The notes under the pieces were generated by a model. That model was given only the letters and a program-made list of their open reading frames with translations, was not told where the DNA came from and made no database searches. A DNA stretch of 64,000 nt from Myxococcota bacterium (GTDB lineage: Bacteria > Myxococcota_A > UBA9160 > JAFDDA01): positions 736,001 to 800,000 of the forward strand of contig OZ245817.1 in NCBI GenBank assembly GCA_965228475.1, written 5' to 3'. The position numbers and the translations under genes were made by a program. Positions within the stretch are counted from its first letter, which is position 1; the number at the start of each line of letters is the position of its first letter. Shown in pieces: positions 26,949-35,826 of this stretch.

Positions 26949-29321
26949 ATTTCGGACCGAGTCACGCTGCTCTCGGACGTCGCAGGGATCGTTTCGCGAT
27001 CCCACGACCTGCCCGAGACGCTGAACAACGTCGTCGAACTGGTCGCGAAGCGGCTGGATGCCGACGTGTGCTCGATCTACCTGACCGACACCGACCTCCA
27101 GCACCTCACCCTCGCCGCGACGATCGGCCTGGCCCGCGAGGCCATCGGGAGCGTGCGGCTCGCCTTCGGCGAGGGCCTGGTCGGCTACGCCGTCGAGCGC
27201 AGCGAACCGATCGCCATCGAGAAGGCCCAGGCGCACCCGCGCTTCAAGTACTTCCCGGAGTCCGGGGAGGAGCTCTACCAATCGCTGATGGCCGCGCCGA
27301 TGGTGGTGCGCGACAACTCGATCGGCGTGCTCGTGGTGCAGACCAAGGCGCCCCGCCGCTTCGACCGGCGCGACATCGAACTGCTCACGACCTGCGCACA
27401 GCTGATCGCTCCCGTCGTGCTGAACGCGCGGCTGCTCGACTTCGTGACGCGGCCCGAGCCGGAGAAGCTGAAGGTCGTCGAGGACCTCGTGCACGCCGGC
27501 GTTCCGTTCCAGGGCGCCCAGGGCGACGGCGGGGAAGGGGAGATCCACCTCACCGGCATCCCGACCTCCTCGGGCGTGGCGATCGGTCCGATCTACCGGC
27601 TCGAAGATCCGGTCGACCACTCGGATCTCGACTACGAGCCGAACGACGACCCGGCCCTCGAGTGGGCGGACCTCGAGGACGCCCTCGTCGAAGCGCGCCG
27701 GGAGCTCGAGAGCGTCCGCTCGGAGACCGGTGCGCGCTTCGGCCCCGAGTTCAGCGCGGTCTTCAACATCCACATCCAGATTCTCGAGGACAAGGGCCTG
27801 ATCGATCGCCTGCGCGCGGCGACGGCGGCGGCGGGCAACGCCCTCGTTGCGTTGAAGCGCGTGCTCGACGACTACCGCCGGACCTTCGACCGCATCGAGA
27901 ACGAGTTCTTCCGGGAGCGCGGCGCGGACATCCAGGACGTCGGCCAGCGCGTGATGGCGAAGCTCCTCGGCGTACGACACCAGAACGTGCCGCTGACCGA
28001 GGGTGCCATCGTCGTGACGCACCAGATCCTGCCCCACCACTTCGCCATGCTCGAGGTGGAGCGCATGGGCGCGATCGTCGCGGAGCACGGCGGGCCGACC
28101 TCCCACGGCGCGATCTTCGCGCGCTCGCTCGAGGTGCCGGCGGCCACGGGCGTCGAGGGCCTGCTCTCCCTCGCGCGGCCCGGGGATCTCGCGATCGTCG
28201 ACGGCGTCTCCGGCCAGGTCCACCTGCGCCCGGACGATGCCCTCGTCGAGGAGTATCAGAAAGCGCGGCAGCGCCACACCGTCGCGGTGGAGCATCTCGA
28301 TGCCCTGCGCGGCCGGCCCGCGGAATCCCGCGACGGGCGGCGCATCGCGCTGACGGCGAACGCCGGCCTGCTGAACGATCTCGTCCTCGCGGACCGCCAC
28401 GGCGCCGAGGGCATCGGCCTGTTCCGCACCGAGCTCCTGGCCCTGGCCCAGCGCGGCTTTCCCGACGAGCGCGAGCAGGAATCGCTCTACCAGCGCGTCG
28501 CGCAGTCCGTGGCGCCGCGGCCGGTCACGATCCGCACCCTCGACGTCGGCGGCGACAAGGAGCTTCCGAACCTCTCGGGCGGGCCCGAGGAGAACCCCCA
28601 GCTCGGCTGGCGCTCGATCCGCCTGGCGCTCTCCCACCGCGACCAGTTCCTGGCCCAGCTGCGCGCCATCCTGCGGGCGAGCGCCTCGGGCAACGTGCGC
28701 ATCCTCCTGCCGATGGTCTCCTGCCTCGGGGAGCTCGAGGAGGCGATGGCGCTGATCGACGAGGCGAAGGGTTCGCTTCGGGCCCAGGGCGTGGCCTTCG
28801 ACGAGGACGTGCCCGTCGGGATCATGATCGAGGTGCCCGCCGCGGCGCTGACGGCGGAGATCCTGGCCGAGCGCTGCGCTTTCTTCAGCATCGGGACGAA
28901 CGATCTCACCCAGTACACGCTCGCGGTGGACCGCGGCAACGAGCGCGTGGCCCACCTCTACGATCCGCTCCACCCCGCCGTGCTCAAGCTGATCGATCAC
29001 ACGGTGCGTGCGGCCGAGCGCGCCGGCATCCCGGTTTCGGTGTGCGGCGAGATGGCTGGCGACGCCCTCGCCGTGCCGCTGCTCGTCGGCCTCGGCATCT
29101 CGGAGCTCTCGGCGACGCCGAGCTCGGTGCCGGTCGTGAAGGAGATCGTGCGCGCCCTCGAGATGGAAGGGGTCGCCGGCGACGCGCGCGCCGCGCTCGG
29201 CGCCCGCACCGCCGAGGAAGTGCACCGGATCGCCGTGGCGCGCCTGCGCCGGGCCGGCCTGTTCGATCACCCGGACATCGGGCCCTGGCTGCGCGCCAGC
29301 TACCCGAACCGCGGTCACTAG
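26949..29321 (+). CDS. ptsP: GAF-containing phosphoenolpyruvate-protein phosphotransferase (EI-Ntr)
   Basis: GAF domain, active-site TSH, GLFRTE, RTLDVGGDK, EENPQLGWRSIR, SIGTNDLTQY, CGEMAG. The start is proposed at ATT 26949 after AGGAGG. Confidence 0.92.
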   Translation: MSDRVTLLSDVAGIVSRSHDLPETLNNVVELVAKRLDADVCSIYLTDTDLQHLTLAATIGLAREAIGSVRLAFGEGLVGYAVERSEPIAIEKAQAHPRFKYFPESGEELYQSLMAAPMVVRDNSIGVLVVQTKAPRRFDRRDIELLTTCAQLIAPVVLNARLLDFVTRPEPEKLKVVEDLVHAGVPFQGAQGDGGEGEIHLTGIPTSSGVAIGPIYRLEDPVDHSDLDYEPNDDPALEWADLEDALVEARRELESVRSETGARFGPEFSAVFNIHIQILEDKGLIDRLRAATAAAGNALVALKRVLDDYRRTFDRIENEFFRERGADIQDVGQRVMAKLLGVRHQNVPLTEGAIVVTHQILPHHFAMLEVERMGAIVAEHGGPTSHGAIFARSLEVPAATGVEGLLSLARPGDLAIVDGVSGQVHLRPDDALVEEYQKARQRHTVAVEHLDALRGRPAESRDGRRIALTANAGLLNDLVLADRHGAEGIGLFRTELLALAQRGFPDEREQESLYQRVAQSVAPRPVTIRTLDVGGDKELPNLSGGPEENPQLGWRSIRLALSHRDQFLAQLRAILRASASGNVRILLPMVSCLGELEEAMALIDEAKGSLRAQGVAFDEDVPVGIMIEVPAAALTAEILAERCAFFSIGTNDLTQYTLAVDRGNERVAHLYDPLHPAVLKLIDHTVRAAERAGIPVSVCGEMAGDALAVPLLVGLGISELSATPSSVPVVKEIVRALEMEGVAGDARAALGARTAEEVHRIAVARLRRAGLFDHPDIGPWLRASYPNRGH

Positions 29322-29438
29322 CTCTCCCGGCCGCTCGGCCGTGCCCCGGGGGCCTCGTTCGTCGACCTCTGGGGCGGGTTGCGCTATCCCCTCCGCGTCC
29401 TCAATCGCGCCATCCCGTGCGAGGAGCCCCCTTCGGCG

Positions 29439-30308
29439 ATGACCACCCTGGCCCAGAACGTGCGCTCGTACGTGGAGCTGACGAAGCCCCGCGTGCTGCT
29501 GCTCGTGATCTTCACGGGGTTGCCCGCCATGGCCCTGGCCGGGGGAGAATGGCCGGCGCCGCTGTTCGCGACGACCGTCCTGCTCGGGATCACCCTGGCG
29601 GCGGGCGCCGCCAACGCCCTCAACTGCTACATCGAGCGCGACCGCGACGTGCGCATGGAGCGCACCGCCGACCGGCCGCTGCCTTCGGGGCGCATGAAGG
29701 CGCGCAACGCGCTGATCTTCGGCGTCGTCCTCTCGGTCGTCGCGACGGGGGTCCTCTGGGCATCGGGCGGGGCGGTGGCTGCCGCTCTCGGCCTGGCGAC
29801 CATCCTCTTCTACGTGTTCGTCTACACGGTCTGGCTGAAGCCCCGGTCGTCCTGGAACGCCGTGATCGGCGGGGCGGCCGGCGCGGCGGCGCCGCTGATC
29901 GCCGATGCGGCTGTGAACGGGAGCGTCGGCCCGGCCGGGCTCCTGCTCTTCGCCATCGTCTTCTTCTGGCAGCCGCCCCACGTCTGGGCCATCGCGCTCT
30001 TCCGCAAGGCGGACTATGCGGCGGCCGGCATCCCGATGCTTCCGAACGAGATCGGCGACCAGCCGACCCGCTGGCGCATGCTTGGGTACTCCCTGGCGCT
30101 GGTGCCGGTGACCCTCGCACCGCTGCCGCTCGGCCTGCTCGGCCCGCTCTACGGTGGGGTGGCCGCGGCCCTCGGGCTGTGGTTCGTCTGGCACAGCGTC
30201 CGCGTGATCCGGGAGCAGACCGACGCCGCCGCGCGCCGCATGTTCGGCGTCTCGCTCGTCTACCTCTTCGCGCTGTTCCTCGCGATGCTGGTCGACTTCG
30301 CCCTCTAG
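29439..30308 (+). CDS. cyoE: Protoheme IX farnesyltransferase (heme O synthase)
   Basis: LTKPR, NCYIERDRD..MERTADRPLPSG, YTVWLK, FFWQPPH.WAIA...DY..AGIPMLP. Confidence 0.94.
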   Translation: MTTLAQNVRSYVELTKPRVLLLVIFTGLPAMALAGGEWPAPLFATTVLLGITLAAGAANALNCYIERDRDVRMERTADRPLPSGRMKARNALIFGVVLSVVATGVLWASGGAVAAALGLATILFYVFVYTVWLKPRSSWNAVIGGAAGAAAPLIADAAVNGSVGPAGLLLFAIVFFWQPPHVWAIALFRKADYAAAGIPMLPNEIGDQPTRWRMLGYSLALVPVTLAPLPLGLLGPLYGGVAAALGLWFVWHSVRVIREQTDAAARRMFGVSLVYLFALFLAMLVDFAL

Positions 30309-30316
30309 CCAGGGCC

Positions 30317-30751
30317 GTGGACCTCTCCTTCCTTCCGGCCGTCAACGCGAGCCTGAACGCCGTGGCGACGCTGCTCCTGCTCTGGGGCCGCTCGCTCGCC
30401 CGCCGTGGGGCGCTCGACACCCACCGCCGCGTCATGATCTCGGCCTTCGGGGTCTCCGCGCTCTTCCTCGTGTTCTACGTGGCGCACAAGATCTGGCGGG
30501 ATTTCGAACACACGCCCTACCACGGCGTCGGCGCGGCCAAGGCCTTCTACCTCGCCCTGCTCGGGACGCACCTGGTCCTCGCGATGCTGGTTCCGGTGCT
30601 CGCGGTCGTCTTGATCCGCCGCGGCCTGCGCGACGACCGCGAGGCCCATCGCCGGCTCGCTCGCTGGGCCTGGCCCGTGTGGCTCTACGTGTCGCTCTCG
30701 GGCATCGCGATCTACGGCATGCTCTACCACTGGAACCCGCCGGCCGTCTGA
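30317..30751 (+). CDS. DUF420 (CtaM-like) oxidase-associated membrane protein
   Basis: LPAVNASLN...HRRVM..AF..SALFLVFY...H..LA...HRRLARWAWPVWLYVS.SG. Confidence 0.85.
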   Translation: MDLSFLPAVNASLNAVATLLLLWGRSLARRGALDTHRRVMISAFGVSALFLVFYVAHKIWRDFEHTPYHGVGAAKAFYLALLGTHLVLAMLVPVLAVVLIRRGLRDDREAHRRLARWAWPVWLYVSLSGIAIYGMLYHWNPPAV

Positions 30752-30836
30752 AAAACAGGACCGTTTTCGGTCCCAATCCGGAGCGTTCCGTAGGGGCGCG
30801 CAGCGCCCGGAAACGTCGTGATTTCGCGGCTCTTGG

Positions 30837-30866
30837 TTGACGCGGCGCGACCGGATCAGCTACCAA
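30837..30866 (+). promoter_or_regulatory. Candidate sigma-70 promoter for the oxidase operon
   Basis: TTGACG-N18-TACCAA, bracketed by a short IR (TCTTGGT...ACCAAGA). Confidence 0.35.
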
Positions 30867-31006
30867 GAGCCCCGCCGGAAAGCCCCCTCTCCTTGGCCTC
30901 CGATGCCCTCTTCCGAGGTGGTGCGCCGGCCAACCAAGACCCGCAGGAGTGCTTCCGACACGAAGCCACCTTCGATGGGATGGACGACCGAACGATGACC
31001 GAATCC

Positions 31007-31684
31007 ATGACCGACCGCGCTGGCGGCACCCGCTTCGTCTTGGCGCTCGCCTGCGGAGTGTTGTTCCTGGCCGCTCCGGTCCGCGCGGACGAGGCGCCGG
31101 CAGGTGCCGAAGCCGAGATGGGCGACGTCGCCCGCGGCGAAGCCCTCTACGACCTCTGTGCCCAGTGCCACGGTGCCGACGGTGCCGGGAACCCGGACAT
31201 CGAGGCGCCGGCCATCGCCGGGCTGCCCGGCTGGTACGTCTCCTCGACGCTGAAGAAGTTCAAGGCCGGCGGCCGCGGGACCCACCCGGACGATTACTCC
31301 GGCATGCGCATGCGCCCCATGTCGATGTCCCTGCGCGGCGAACAGGACATCCCGGACGTGACGGCCTACGTGGCCCAACTCGCGCCGGTCGACCCGGAGC
31401 CCACCCTCGAGGGCGGCGACGCGGCCCGGGGCGCTGCGCTCTACGCGCCCTGCATCGCGTGCCACATGCCCGACGGCGCCGGGAACGCCGCGCTCAGCGC
31501 GCCGCCGCTCATCTACGCGAACGATTGGTACATGTTCTCGCAGCTCAAGAAGTTCAAGGGCGGCGTGCGCGGCACGAACCCCCAGGACGCGATGGGCGCG
31601 CTGATGGTCGGGATGTCCCAGACGCTGGTCGACGACCAGGCGATCAAGGACGTCATCGCTCACATCATGACGCTCTCGAAATAG
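31007..31684 (+). CDS. Diheme cytochrome c (c4-like)
   Basis: Signal peptide, CAQCH and CIACH, with duplicated halves carrying Met ligands (RMRPM, LMVGM). Confidence 0.9.
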   Translation: MTDRAGGTRFVLALACGVLFLAAPVRADEAPAGAEAEMGDVARGEALYDLCAQCHGADGAGNPDIEAPAIAGLPGWYVSSTLKKFKAGGRGTHPDDYSGMRMRPMSMSLRGEQDIPDVTAYVAQLAPVDPEPTLEGGDAARGAALYAPCIACHMPDGAGNAALSAPPLIYANDWYMFSQLKKFKGGVRGTNPQDAMGALMVGMSQTLVDDQAIKDVIAHIMTLSK

Positions 31685-31699
31685 GAGCCCGGCAGCACC

Positions 31700-31804
31700 A
31701 TGGGCAAGGCATATCCCGCAGACGAGTTGGCGAAGCGCATCTTCGTCGTATCCATGTTGGGCGTCGGCCTCTTCATCTCCGTCGTCTTCACCTTCATTCT
31801 CTAG
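31700..31804 (+). CDS. 34-aa single-TM peptide in the oxidase operon
   Basis: MGKAYPADELAKRIFVVSMLGVGLFISVVFTFIL. AGGAG lies upstream, and the ORF fills the gap between the cytochrome c and subunit II. Below the ORF-track cutoff. Confidence 0.7.
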   Translation: MGKAYPADELAKRIFVVSMLGVGLFISVVFTFIL

Positions 31805-31813
31805 GAAGCAAGC

Positions 31814-32506
31814 ATGGTCGAGCGATACATCCTCCAGGCTTCCACCTTCGCCGCCGACATCGACTCGGTGATCAACCTGATCGGTTGGTTGGTCCTGTTC
31901 TGGGGTGGCCTGACGGCGGCGGTCTTCTTCTACCTCCTCTTCCGTTTCCGGAAGAAGGACGGCGTCGGCGCCGAGTACATCACCGGCGAAGAGAAGGAGC
32001 AGAAGCGCTTCATCTCCATTCCCCACTACCTGATCATGTTCTGCGACATCTTCATCATCGTCGCGGCCATCCAGGTCTGGGTGGACGTGAAGCAGCGCCT
32101 GCCCGAGGCGCCCCACGCGACGGTCCGGGTGATCGGCCAGCAGTGGGCCTGGAGCTTCGTCCACCCCGGTGCCGACGGTGCCCTCGACACGGCCGACGAC
32201 ATCCGCACGGTCGACGAGCTGCGCGTCGAGGTCGGCAAGCCCTACCTCTTCGAGCTGACTTCCCGGGACGTGCTGCACAACTTCTCGGTCCCGGTGTTCC
32301 GATTGAAGCAGGACGCGATCCCCGGGCGCACGATCACCGGCTGGTTCGAAGCGACCGAGACCGGGACGTACGACATCCAGTGCGCGGAGATCTGCGGCAT
32401 CGGCCACGGCCTGATGCCGGCTCGCATCGTGATCGAATCGGCCGAGGACCACGCCGCCTGGGTCGCGAGTCAATCTTCCACCCAGCTCGCGGCCGTCGCG
32501 AAGTAG
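31814..32506 (+). CDS. coxB: Cytochrome c oxidase subunit II (CuA)
   Basis: Two TMs, QQWAWSF, DVLHNF, KQDAIPG, CAEICGIGHGLM. Confidence 0.92.
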   Translation: MVERYILQASTFAADIDSVINLIGWLVLFWGGLTAAVFFYLLFRFRKKDGVGAEYITGEEKEQKRFISIPHYLIMFCDIFIIVAAIQVWVDVKQRLPEAPHATVRVIGQQWAWSFVHPGADGALDTADDIRTVDELRVEVGKPYLFELTSRDVLHNFSVPVFRLKQDAIPGRTITGWFEATETGTYDIQCAEICGIGHGLMPARIVIESAEDHAAWVASQSSTQLAAVAK

Positions 32507-32525
32507 CTGGGACCACGGAGCCACC

Positions 32526-34244
32526 ATGGCCGAGACCATCGAGCACCCTGCACACGGCGACGCCGGACACGACGCTCATCACCACCACGAGATGAGCTTC
32601 TGGCAGAAGTACGTGTTCTCCACCGACCACAAGATCATCGCCATGCAGTACATGTTCACGGGCATGGCGATGGCCCTGATCGGAGGGTTCTTCTCCTACG
32701 CCTTCCGCATGCAGCTGGCCTTCCCGGGCATGGAAGTCCCGGGCTTCGGCCTGGTCTCGCCGGCGGACTACAACGCGCTGGTGACGAACCACGGCACGAT
32801 CATGATCTTCTGGGTCGCGATGCCCGTGTTGATCGCGGCCTTCGGGAACTACCTGATCCCGCTGATGGTCGGCTGCGACGACATGGTCTTCCCGAAGATC
32901 AACCGCCTCAGCTACCAGATCTTCCTGCTCTCGGCGATCGTGCTGTTGATCTCGCTCGTGGTGCCGAACGGCGGCTTCGGCGGGGCCTGGACGGCCTATC
33001 CGCCACTCTCCGCGAATCCCAACTACAGCCTCACCCCATTGGGCTCGAGCCTGTGGGTCGTGGCGGTCGCGCTCGAGTTCATCGCCTTCCTGCTCGGCGG
33101 CATCAACTTCATCACCACGGCCATGAACTCCCGCGCGCCCGGCATGAAGCTCTACGACGTGCCGATCGTGGTGTGGATGATCGTCGTGGCGAGCATCCTG
33201 TTCATGGCGTCCGTGGGGCCGCTGATCGCCGGCGCGATCATGCTCTTCATGGACCAGAACATCGGGACCCAGTTCTTCAACCCCGCCTACGGCGGCGACC
33301 CGATCCTCTGGCAGCACCTCTTCTGGTTCTTCGGCCACCCGGAGGTCTACGTCGTGCTGCTGCCCGCCATGGGCATCACCGCCGAGGTCATCACGGTCTT
33401 CGCCCGGAAGAAGCTCTTCGCCTACCGCACCGTGCTCTACACCGTGTTCGGGACCGGCGTGCTCTCCTTCACGGTGTGGGCGCACCATCAGTTCATCGCC
33501 GGCATCGATCCGCGCATGGCGAACGTCTTCACCATCACGACGCTGCTGATCTCCATCCCGCTGGCGGAGATGATGTTCGTCTACGTGGCCACGCTCTACG
33601 GCGGCTCGATCACGTTCTCGACGCCGATGCTCTGGGCGCTCGCGTTCCTCTTCGAGTTCCTGATCGGCGGCGTGACGGGCATCTTCCTGGGCGCGAGCGG
33701 TGCGGACATCTTCTTCCACGACACCTACTTCGTACTCGCCCACTTCCACTACACGTTCTTCCCAATCGCGATCATCGGGACGTTCGCGGGCGTCACGTTC
33801 TGGTTCCCGAAGATGTTCGGCAGGATGATGAACGAGGGGCTCGGCAAGCTCCATTTCTGGCTGACGATCATCCCGTTCAACTTCATCTTCATTCCGCTGT
33901 TCGTGCTCGGCGCGGCCGGCCAGCACCGCCGGATCTACAACTTCGAGAACTACCCGGAGCTGGCCCTGCCCTGGATGCAGGACCTCCGGCAGCTCGCGAC
34001 GGTCTCGCTGGTGATCATGCTCGGCGCCCAGCTCATCTTCTTCTACAACTTCTTCATGAGCCTGGCGCGCGGCAAGAAGGCCGGGAAGAACCCGTGGAAG
34101 GCGAACACGCTCGAGTGGACGGCGGATTCGCCGCCGCCCCACGGCAACTGGCCCGAGGGCCTGCCGACGGTCTACCGCGGCCCCTACGAGTACAGCCATC
34201 CGGACCGCCAGGAAGACTACTGGCCGCAGAACGTCCCGAGCTAG
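32526..34244 (+). CDS. coxA: Heme-copper oxidase subunit I, A1 motif
   Basis: TDHK, HGTIMIF, GWTAYPPL-like, WFFGHPEVY, WAHH, HDTYFVLAHFHY, RR. Confidence 0.95.
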   Translation: MAETIEHPAHGDAGHDAHHHHEMSFWQKYVFSTDHKIIAMQYMFTGMAMALIGGFFSYAFRMQLAFPGMEVPGFGLVSPADYNALVTNHGTIMIFWVAMPVLIAAFGNYLIPLMVGCDDMVFPKINRLSYQIFLLSAIVLLISLVVPNGGFGGAWTAYPPLSANPNYSLTPLGSSLWVVAVALEFIAFLLGGINFITTAMNSRAPGMKLYDVPIVVWMIVVASILFMASVGPLIAGAIMLFMDQNIGTQFFNPAYGGDPILWQHLFWFFGHPEVYVVLLPAMGITAEVITVFARKKLFAYRTVLYTVFGTGVLSFTVWAHHQFIAGIDPRMANVFTITTLLISIPLAEMMFVYVATLYGGSITFSTPMLWALAFLFEFLIGGVTGIFLGASGADIFFHDTYFVLAHFHYTFFPIAIIGTFAGVTFWFPKMFGRMMNEGLGKLHFWLTIIPFNFIFIPLFVLGAAGQHRRIYNFENYPELALPWMQDLRQLATVSLVIMLGAQLIFFYNFFMSLARGKKAGKNPWKANTLEWTADSPPPHGNWPEGLPTVYRGPYEYSHPDRQEDYWPQNVPS

Positions 34245-34256
34245 GACGGGGAAGAC

Positions 34257-34829
34257 ATGAGACCGATCGCCAATACCCGCATCGCTTCCGGAGTCCCGAC
34301 CGGCCGCCTCGCCGTCTGGTGGGTGCTCGCGTCGGAGATCGTGATCTTCGGCGGCGTGCTCGCCTCGTACCTGATGCACCGGCTGGGCAACCCGGACTGG
34401 GCCAGCCAGACGGCATACACCAACGAGTGGATCGGCGGCTTCAACACCTTCGTGCTGCTCACCTCGAGCCTCTCGGCGGTGCTCGCGCACTACGCGGCCG
34501 AGCACGAGCAGGACGGCAAGAAGGCGGCCCGGTACCTCTGGTACACGATCGGAGGCGGCGCGGTCTTCCTCTGCGTCAAGTCCTACGAGTGGTACGTCGA
34601 GATCAGCCACGGGTTCACGATCCAGTCCCACCCGTTCTGGTCGTTCTACTACACGGCGGCGGGCATCCACGCGTCGCACGTCATCGCCGGCATGATCCTC
34701 ATGGCCTTCGTCGCCAAGGACGCCGCCAAGGGCCAGGACCTCCACCGCGTCGAGCTGGTGGGCATCTACTGGCACTTCGTCGACATCGTCTGGATCTTCC
34801 TCTTCCCGCTCCTCTACATCGCGAAGTAG
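34257..34829 (+). CDS. coxC: Cytochrome c oxidase subunit III (short form), copy 1
   Basis: LASEIVIF, NTFVLLTSS, EW, GIHASHV, YWHFVDIVWIFLFP. Confidence 0.88.
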   Translation: MRPIANTRIASGVPTGRLAVWWVLASEIVIFGGVLASYLMHRLGNPDWASQTAYTNEWIGGFNTFVLLTSSLSAVLAHYAAEHEQDGKKAARYLWYTIGGGAVFLCVKSYEWYVEISHGFTIQSHPFWSFYYTAAGIHASHVIAGMILMAFVAKDAAKGQDLHRVELVGIYWHFVDIVWIFLFPLLYIAK

Positions 34830-34848
34830 AGCAAGGAGCCGAATCGAT

Positions 34849-35226
34849 ATGGCCGACCACGGCAGTCAGCACTACATCAAGATCTACTATTGGTTGCTCG
34901 CGCTCCTCGTCGTCAGCATCCTCGGGCCCCTGCTCGGGATCCAGTGGCTCACGCTCGTGACGGCCTTCGGGATCGCGTTCGTGAAGGCCTGGCTGGTCAT
35001 CAAGCACTTCATGCACCTGACCGTGCAGCCGGCCTTCGTCGGCTACCTGCTCTCCAGCTGTCTCGTCTTCATGCTGCTCTTCTTCGCCGGAACCGCTCCC
35101 GACGTCATGAAGAAGGACGGGGACAACTGGGAGAAGGAGCACGTGGTCGTCGTCGGAACCGGCGGCCACCACGACGATCACGGCGAAGGTCACGGAGACG
35201 ATCACGGCGGAGACGCCGCCCACTAG
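34849..35226 (+). CDS. Cytochrome c oxidase subunit IV family, His-rich tail
   Basis: Three TMs with KAWLVIKHFMHL. The C-terminus reads HHDDHGEGHGDDHG. Confidence 0.82.
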   Translation: MADHGSQHYIKIYYWLLALLVVSILGPLLGIQWLTLVTAFGIAFVKAWLVIKHFMHLTVQPAFVGYLLSSCLVFMLLFFAGTAPDVMKKDGDNWEKEHVVVVGTGGHHDDHGEGHGDDHGGDAAH

Positions 35227-35241
35227 CGCCCCGGGGACGCC

Positions 35242-35826
35242 ATGTCCGCACCCTCCCATCTCGAGCTGGTCGACGCCTCGCGCTCTCGCGCGCCGGTGGA
35301 CAGCAACGTCGTCGGGATGCTCCTCTTCCTGATGGTCGAGGCGATGATGTTCGCCGGCCTGATCAGCGCCTTCATGATCGTGCGCTCCAACGCCATCGAG
35401 TGGCCGCCGCCCGGGCAGCCGCGGCTTCCGGTCGAGCGCACCCTGCTGAACACGGCGGCACTCCTGCTCTCCGGCGTCGTCCTGTTCTACGCCGGCCGGG
35501 TGTTCCTGCGCGATCGCGCTGCTGCGCTCCTGCCCATGGGTCTCGCCATGGGCCTGGGCGCCTTCTTCGTCGGCTTCCAGGGCTGGGAGTGGATCCAGCT
35601 CCTGCGCGAAGGCCTGACCCTGACCTCGAGCCAGCATGGCAGCTTCTTCTATCTGGTCGTCGGGATGCACGCGGCCCACGCCGTCGCGGCCCTGGCCGGC
35701 CTGGCCTGGGCCTGGCACCGGCTCTCGGGCCTCACGCTGAACCCGGGCCAGTTCAAGGCCGTCGCCATCTTCTGGTACTTCGTCGTGGTGCTGTGGCCGG
35801 TGCTCTACTGGCGGGTCTACCTGTGA
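35242..35826 (+). CDS. Cytochrome c oxidase subunit III (short form), copy 2
   Basis: GMLLFL.VEAMMFAGL, NTAALLLS, QGWEW, GSFFY...GMHAAH, FWYFV..LW. Confidence 0.85.
   Translation: MSAPSHLELVDASRSRAPVDSNVVGMLLFLMVEAMMFAGLISAFMIVRSNAIEWPPPGQPRLPVERTLLNTAALLLSGVVLFYAGRVFLRDRAAALLPMGLAMGLGAFFVGFQGWEWIQLLREGLTLTSSQHGSFFYLVVGMHAAHAVAALAGLAWAWHRLSGLTLNPGQFKAVAIFWYFVVVLWPVLYWRVYL

Noticed and set aside
27066..29321. ptsP as an N-terminally truncated pseudogene
   Set aside because: The upstream frame is open, encodes the missing GAF helices and has a perfect SD before ATT.
22827..30751. Very long alternative-frame ORFs (e.g. 22827..26204, 23323..26172, 26373..30194, most of 27068..30751) and many similar ones across the window
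   Set aside because: These are shadow ORFs of real genes caused by stop-codon scarcity at high GC. They are Arg/Pro/Gly-rich or antisense translations with no family motifs.
32526..34244. Subunit I as a nitric oxide reductase
   Set aside because: The cross-link Tyr (HPEVY), the D-channel and subunits III/IV are retained, so an O2 reductase is the better call. NO activity is untested.
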